A model generated the notes under the pieces. That model was not told the DNA's origin. It did no database searches and saw nothing but the letters and a program-made list of their open reading frames with translations. From positions 1 to 13,994 of the forward strand of contig JBKJJJ010000035.1 in NCBI GenBank assembly GCA_046598045.1: a stretch of 13,994 nt of DNA, given 5' to 3'. The DNA is from Candidatus Eiseniibacteriota bacterium. GTDB taxonomy: Bacteria; Eisenbacteria; RBG-16-71-46; DASYSL01. This document shows positions 13,994 through 13,994 of the stretch, piece after piece. Positions within the stretch are counted from its first letter, which is position 1. Each line of letters begins with the position of its first letter. A program made the translations under genes and the position numbers.

Positions 13994-13994
13994 C

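Overview
High-GC (roughly 70% by eye) bacterial chromosomal window with 12 credible protein genes. I saw no rRNA, tRNA, CRISPR array or mobile element. Left part, all + strand: the 3' part of an M20 dipeptidase-like gene, then a tightly coupled seven-gene operon (very acidic 104-aa hypothetical protein, exported hypothetical protein, tadA, CYTH/class IV adenylate cyclase-like protein, PLP aminotransferase class I/II, exported prolyl oligopeptidase, bioY). Right part: four cell-envelope/secreted genes, namely a 7-repeat FG-GAP beta-propeller protein (-), an uncharacterised exported protein (+), a small 8-stranded outer-membrane beta-barrel (+) and a large multidomain S8 protease (-, 5'-truncated by the window). 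Both minus-strand secreted proteins end in a type IX secretion (T9SS) CTD/FlgD-Ig-like sorting domain with the same terminal R-x-VLLP. With the high GC, this suggests (inference only) a non-Bacteroidota FCB-group diderm such as Ca. Eisenbacteria or relatives. The best leads are this T9SS-like envelope cluster, a perfect 14-bp inverted repeat centred on a putative -35 box, a divergent sigma70/ECF-like promoter region, and the hyper-acidic protein leading the tadA operon. None is proven to be a new system from sequence alone.
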